NCBI GenBank assembly: GCA_963668175.1
Contig: OY764159.1
Coordinates: forward strand, 1,888,001-1,952,000
Length of the DNA stretch: 64,000 bases
Reading direction: 5' to 3'
Source: Syntrophales bacterium
Lineage (GTDB): Bacteria > Desulfobacterota > Syntrophia > Syntrophales > PHBD01
This document shows positions 59,975 through 64,000 of this stretch, in pieces. Each line of letters opens with the position of its first letter. Position 1 is the stretch's first letter. The notes below the pieces were generated by a model, which did not search any database, was not told the DNA's origin, and saw only the letters and a list, made by a program, of their open reading frames with translations. The position numbers and the translations under genes were made by a program.

Positions 59975-60346
59975 ATGCAGACGAAACTGCGCACCTGTAT
60001 CGCGTTCATTGCCGGGCGGCTGATCACCGGCCTCGAAGCGACATCCATTTACGACCACGGCCAGGCCAAGTCCGTCCGGTTCGAAGGGCCGGTGGGCGCG
60101 GCCTTCATCAAGGTCTACGACCACGACCGCGAGTGCTATACCAGCGGGGGCAGTGCGGAAGGCACCGTCGAACTGTTCGATTTCGGCTACCAGCACCATA
60201 TCGACCTGCGGACGGACGGCAACGCCTTCGAAGGCTACGAGGACTACACGCCGTCGCTCTTCCGCGGCGAGGTGAACGGCTCCGAGATCTCCTTCTACGA
60301 CGACAACGAATCCAAAACCTTCCTGTTCAGCCTGCGCAAATCCTGA
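59975..60346 (+). CDS. Hypothetical acidic beta-rich protein
   Basis: SD GGAGG; host-like codon usage; 123 aa. Confidence 0.7.
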   Translation: MQTKLRTCIAFIAGRLITGLEATSIYDHGQAKSVRFEGPVGAAFIKVYDHDRECYTSGGSAEGTVELFDFGYQHHIDLRTDGNAFEGYEDYTPSLFRGEVNGSEISFYDDNESKTFLFSLRKS

Positions 60347-60535
60347 AAACCCGGCCGGCTGCGCCGATTCGGGGAAATGGCGGGCAACGGAAAAGCCGGG
60401 GCCTGAAATTAAGGAAGGGCTGAGCAGATAATCTTGCCGTCCGTGGAATTAGGAGATGTCGTCGGAATTACGGGATAATCCAGGAACAGCAACTCACGCA
60501 GAATCCATTCACGTTCAATCGGGAGGCTCAAAAAA

Positions 60536-61480
60536 GTGACACGCAATATGTCCTCAGCAAAGTGCGGAATTTGCACCCGAAAAAGATGGATAATAATGTC
60601 TATCCTATTTCTGGAAATGGCAATGTTACTAAGCAATCCGTCGAACGTGCGCGCTGATGCGAACAGACCTGAAGAAAAAAAGCTCTACACATACAGCAAT
60701 CGGGAGTTGGCTGCTTTCTTCAAAAACATAGGTTATAAGGATTTTTGGTATAATGATATTAGTATCTCAAGAAATTCAGATGGTACAGTACTAAGATTTG
60801 TCAATAAGGAAAAGAAAAAGATCCTCGTCGCAAATTGCGACGGCTCGATAACTATTATAGACAGCCCGGGGGATCAGGTTTGGCTAGATGACTCAAATAA
60901 GCCTGTCATTTGGTTAACTTGGTCAAGCGATAAAATTTCAGCACATTATGCAAATGGTATGTCGGAAAAGATGCCATTCGCACCGGATTCCGGACATGAT
61001 CCGTCAGGAAGATATTTCATGAAGGATGCACCTGAAAAGCATTGCTATACAACCATTTATTCGACTGAAAGACCGGATATACCACTTATAAAGGTAAATT
61101 TATGTGGTGATACGAGGCTTTTTGTTAAGAATAAAAAAATCTATCTTCTAGGAGAACGCCGTACCGCTGATGACGTGTTCGTAACTGAAGTTCGTATCTT
61201 TCAGGAAAAAGAACGTTTATTAGAACAAGTCGACAGCATCTTTGTCCCTAAACCGGATACATTTTTACTTTACTTCCGCGCCGAAGATTTAAGCCCCTGG
61301 GATGACGAAATCTTGTATTTGGATGTCCATGACTTTCCTTACAGATCAATATGGTATTCCTTCAATTTGAAGACTCGCCAACTGAATAAGGTTAGCAAGG
61401 CTCCTTTTTTTGGTGGCCATGCTTTTTACCTGCAATGTGATATTATTGAACAAGCTCAGAAGAGAGCTGAGGGACATTGA
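60536..61480 (+). CDS. Low-GC hypothetical exported protein
   Basis: 314-aa ORF in an AT-rich patch; hydrophobic N-terminal segment; start uncertain. Confidence 0.65.
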   Translation: MTRNMSSAKCGICTRKRWIIMSILFLEMAMLLSNPSNVRADANRPEEKKLYTYSNRELAAFFKNIGYKDFWYNDISISRNSDGTVLRFVNKEKKKILVANCDGSITIIDSPGDQVWLDDSNKPVIWLTWSSDKISAHYANGMSEKMPFAPDSGHDPSGRYFMKDAPEKHCYTTIYSTERPDIPLIKVNLCGDTRLFVKNKKIYLLGERRTADDVFVTEVRIFQEKERLLEQVDSIFVPKPDTFLLYFRAEDLSPWDDEILYLDVHDFPYRSIWYSFNLKTRQLNKVSKAPFFGGHAFYLQCDIIEQAQKRAEGH

Positions 61481-61673
61481 TTAACAACGTTAACTTGCCT
61501 GACACCCTGTCCCATCTGACTTTCCCCGGATTCAGAGGTACTTAATTATCGACTTCCGAGATCGCGACCTGCAAGTTGTTTTCATGGCTCGTTTCGCGCA
61601 AATAATCGCCGCCCGATAGCCTAAACGATCTTTCGCTTTTTCTTATGCATTATCCTTTCCGCTGTCATTAGCG

Positions 61674-62453
61674 TCAACCGGGCGGCTTTCCCCAGTGTAT
61701 CGTTTTGTACTGGCGGTAAAGGACGAATGCGCCCCAGGCGAAGGCGGCGATCATGAGGACGATGCCTATCCTGTTTGCAAGCAAAGCCAGCGTGTGGTCG
61801 TATTTGAGCCAGCCCAGGTCCCGCAGCATGTGGTGCCAGTCGTGCATGTCGGGGTTGTCGCTCCCGATGTTGCCGCCCACAAGCGGGATTTGCAGCGCGC
61901 GGGCGTCGTTGACGTAAGGCGCGATATCCATGAAACTCTCCGCCGTCCACCACAGGGCGATCGAAGCGGCGAAGGGGTTCCGATAGAAGAGGAAGGCGCC
62001 CAGGCAGACGAGGGGCATCAGGATCTGGCCGAGCGTTCCGCCGAGGATGCCGATGAACTCGCCGAAGAGGCCGAAGACGACGTGGCCCGCTTCGTGAAAG
62101 GCCAGGTTCACGCCGTGGAGGAAGGTCTCGGCGAAGTAGGCGCTCGCCATCGGCGTGGCGATGAATTTCCAGCCCCAGATGAAGACGATGAGGTAGGCGA
62201 GCATCCGGCCCGCCCAGTAGAAGGGATTCTCCTCCCCGCCGGAGCCGAAGAGGAATTCCGTAAGGGCGCCCTGCCGCTCCGTCTCCGGTTTCTTAACCGC
62301 CGCTCCTGCCGCAGCCGGCTTTTCCGCTTCGATCCGGGTTGTCTCCCGGCCGTCGCCGCCATCGGGCTTTTCGAGCTTCGCGAAAATGACGCCGCAGCGC
62401 ACACACTCCTGCCTGCCTTCTTCCTGTGTGGCGTTGCATTTGGGGCAGATCAA
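61674..62453 (-). CDS. Zinc-ribbon plus membrane HExxH (M50B-like) protein
   Basis: TTG start after AAGGAG; CPKC...CVRC; FHEAGH in a TM segment; HDW motif. Confidence 0.75.
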   Translation of the reverse strand: MICPKCNATQEEGRQECVRCGVIFAKLEKPDGGDGRETTRIEAEKPAAAGAAVKKPETERQGALTEFLFGSGGEENPFYWAGRMLAYLIVFIWGWKFIATPMASAYFAETFLHGVNLAFHEAGHVVFGLFGEFIGILGGTLGQILMPLVCLGAFLFYRNPFAASIALWWTAESFMDIAPYVNDARALQIPLVGGNIGSDNPDMHDWHHMLRDLGWLKYDHTLALLANRIGIVLMIAAFAWGAFVLYRQYKTIHWGKPPG

Positions 62454-62761
62454 GATTCCCTCTCCTTTCCGGAAATATCTCCGTTCGTGCCGGCCAGTAT
62501 AGGGACGGCCGCCCGGTCTGTCAAGGGCCGCCCGGCCGTCTTGTTCTTCTTGATCCGTCCCGCATGCCTGTCCGTTTGCAGGAGGCATGAAGCCGGAGAC
62601 CGGAGCGGCGGGCATGTGCTTTCGGCAGCTTGGGAAAGGGGGTATTGCCATGGCCGCCCGCCCGGTATATACTTGAAACAGGCTCACCGTCGAATTTCGG
62701 GGAGCCGGCCGGCCGCCGGTCCGGTAACTCTCAGGTCAATGCAGGAAAGGAGAAACCCGCC

Positions 62762-63355
62762 ATGAAGCATCTTGTCGTCTATTCCCATCCTAATTTCGGA
62801 AGTTTCAGCCACGCCATCCTGGATGTCGTCAGGGAAACGCTCGACGCCCTGAAGCACGATGTCGTCGTGAGGGACCTTTACGCCCTCGACTTCAACCCCG
62901 TGCTTTCGAGCGCCGATTTCGCCGCCCTCCATGCCGGCGACGTGCCCTCGGACGTCAAGGCCGAGCAGGATTACATCGTTTGGTCGGACATGGTCACCGT
63001 CATCCATCCGATCTGGTGAACGGGTTTGCCCGCGATGATCAAGGGCTACATCGACCGGGTCTTCAGCCACGGGTTCGCATACCGTATCGGCGCGAACGGC
63101 GTTGAGAAACTCCTTACAGGCAAGAAGGTTGTCGTCTTCAATACCCAGGGGACACCGGCGGATATCTACGAACGGTCCGGCATGTTCGGCGCCATGAGGA
63201 TGACGTCCGATACGGGTATTTACGAATTCTGCGGCATGACCGTCCTGGCCCATCGATTTTTCGACGCCGTGCCCTATGTGGACGAAACGGCGAGAAAGGG
63301 CTTTCTGGACGCCGTCCGCAAAACCACGGCGGATGCGGCCGCTTCCATCGCATGA
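62762..63355 (+). pseudogene. Flavodoxin-like NAD(P)H:quinone oxidoreductase (KefF/NQO family) with an in-frame TGA at codon 86
   Basis: SD AAGGAG; YSHP...DLY...HPIW[TGA 63017-63019]TGLPAMIKGYIDRVF in one frame. Confidence 0.75.
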
Positions 63356-63480
63356 TGGCCCGGGTGCTCGTCCGTATGTATGCTCGCCCACTAATTCCGG
63401 GGACATCCATCCCCCGGTCAGGGGGCGCGGTGATAAGTTTTATCAGGGGGAAAACGGAGATTTCCCCTGACTTCCCGGAA

Positions 63481-63795
63481 TTAGAGCATGTGCGATCTCG
63501 CCGCTTCCATGGCGAGGTCCCTGTTCCGGGTGAAGAGGTGCCACATCAGGTCCGCACTGTGGATGCCGGCCTTCTTGTCCTGCCCCCGGGCCTGGTACCA
63601 GCGCCCGAAGCGCTCGACCGTGGCGAAGGGGTGGTTTTCGGGGCAGAGGATGCTGCAGGGGCGGAACTCTCTGAAGAATATGGTCTCGTCGGGGACGGCG
63701 TCGTACGCCAGGTCTTCCGGCAAGACGATAGCGGACACATCGACGCCTTGCGCTTCCTGCTGGTCGAGCCATTCTGACAGTGCAGAGATCGTCAT
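63481..63795 (-). CDS. Hypothetical protein
   Basis: SD GGAGG; MTISALSEWLD; 104 aa. Confidence 0.65.
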   Translation of the reverse strand: MTISALSEWLDQQEAQGVDVSAIVLPEDLAYDAVPDETIFFREFRPCSILCPENHPFATVERFGRWYQARGQDKKAGIHSADLMWHLFTRNRDLAMEAARSHML

Positions 63796-63835
63796 CCCGC
63801 CTCCCTGTGGGCTGTTGAAAAACACCCGTCTGCGG

Positions 63836-63859
63836 TGCGTGCCCCCTGCATAGGGGGTT
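63836..63859. repeat. REP-like palindrome, copy 2
   Basis: Identical 24-mer to 59857-59880. Confidence 0.75.
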
Positions 63860-63951
63860 GCGATTCCTTATTATACACCAACCCGTCTCGATTCCGCCAT
63901 TGCTATGAAACGATCAATCTGTTACAGCGGAAGAAAAAACAAAGGTGCGCT

Positions 63952-64000
63952 ATGGACTTTATGACGATAGACGAAGCGAAATGCAAAAGGGACGGCCTCT
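63952..64000 (+). CDS. 5' end of a 4Fe-4S ferredoxin-domain protein, possibly a nitroreductase fusion (partial)
   Basis: MDFMTIDEAKCKRDGL resembles the start of a CxxDxxC cluster motif. Confidence 0.5.
   Translation, partial: MDFMTIDEAKCKRDGL

Noticed and set aside
63017..63019. Genome-wide UGA=Trp reassignment
   Set aside because: TGA ends many full-length genes here (kup, cfa, sodC) and Trp is encoded by TGG throughout.

Overview
GC-rich bacterial chromosomal window. The gene content (sigma-54 regulation, a PEP-CTERM protein, a CA-less PAS/DHp protein, thiolase plus 3-hydroxyacyl-CoA dehydrogenase) suggests a Desulfobacterota/Syntrophales-like organism; this is inference only. It holds about 55 CDSs, mostly metabolic, transport and envelope genes, plus a c-di-AMP (ydaO-type) riboswitch upstream of kup and five candidate sigma-54 promoters. 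I found no rRNA, tRNA, CRISPR, integrase, transposase or reverse transcriptase. Main points: (1) a translationally coupled VanW / exported AMMECR1 / alpha-2-macroglobulin operon followed by PrsW; (2) an unannotated unit at 57.4-58.3 kb with a sigma-54 promoter, phased DnaA-box-like repeats, three SD-led peptide ORFs (two share W-I-D-P-x3-P) and a terminator; (3) a low-GC stand-alone ABC-ATPase/TOPRIM gene, a defence candidate; (4) a Rep-like protein with an XRE HTH and no mobile-element context; (5) three paralogous lipoproteins and a pair of 60-aa membrane proteins; (6) a quinone reductase with an in-frame TGA. All calls are by eye from motifs; no searches were run.
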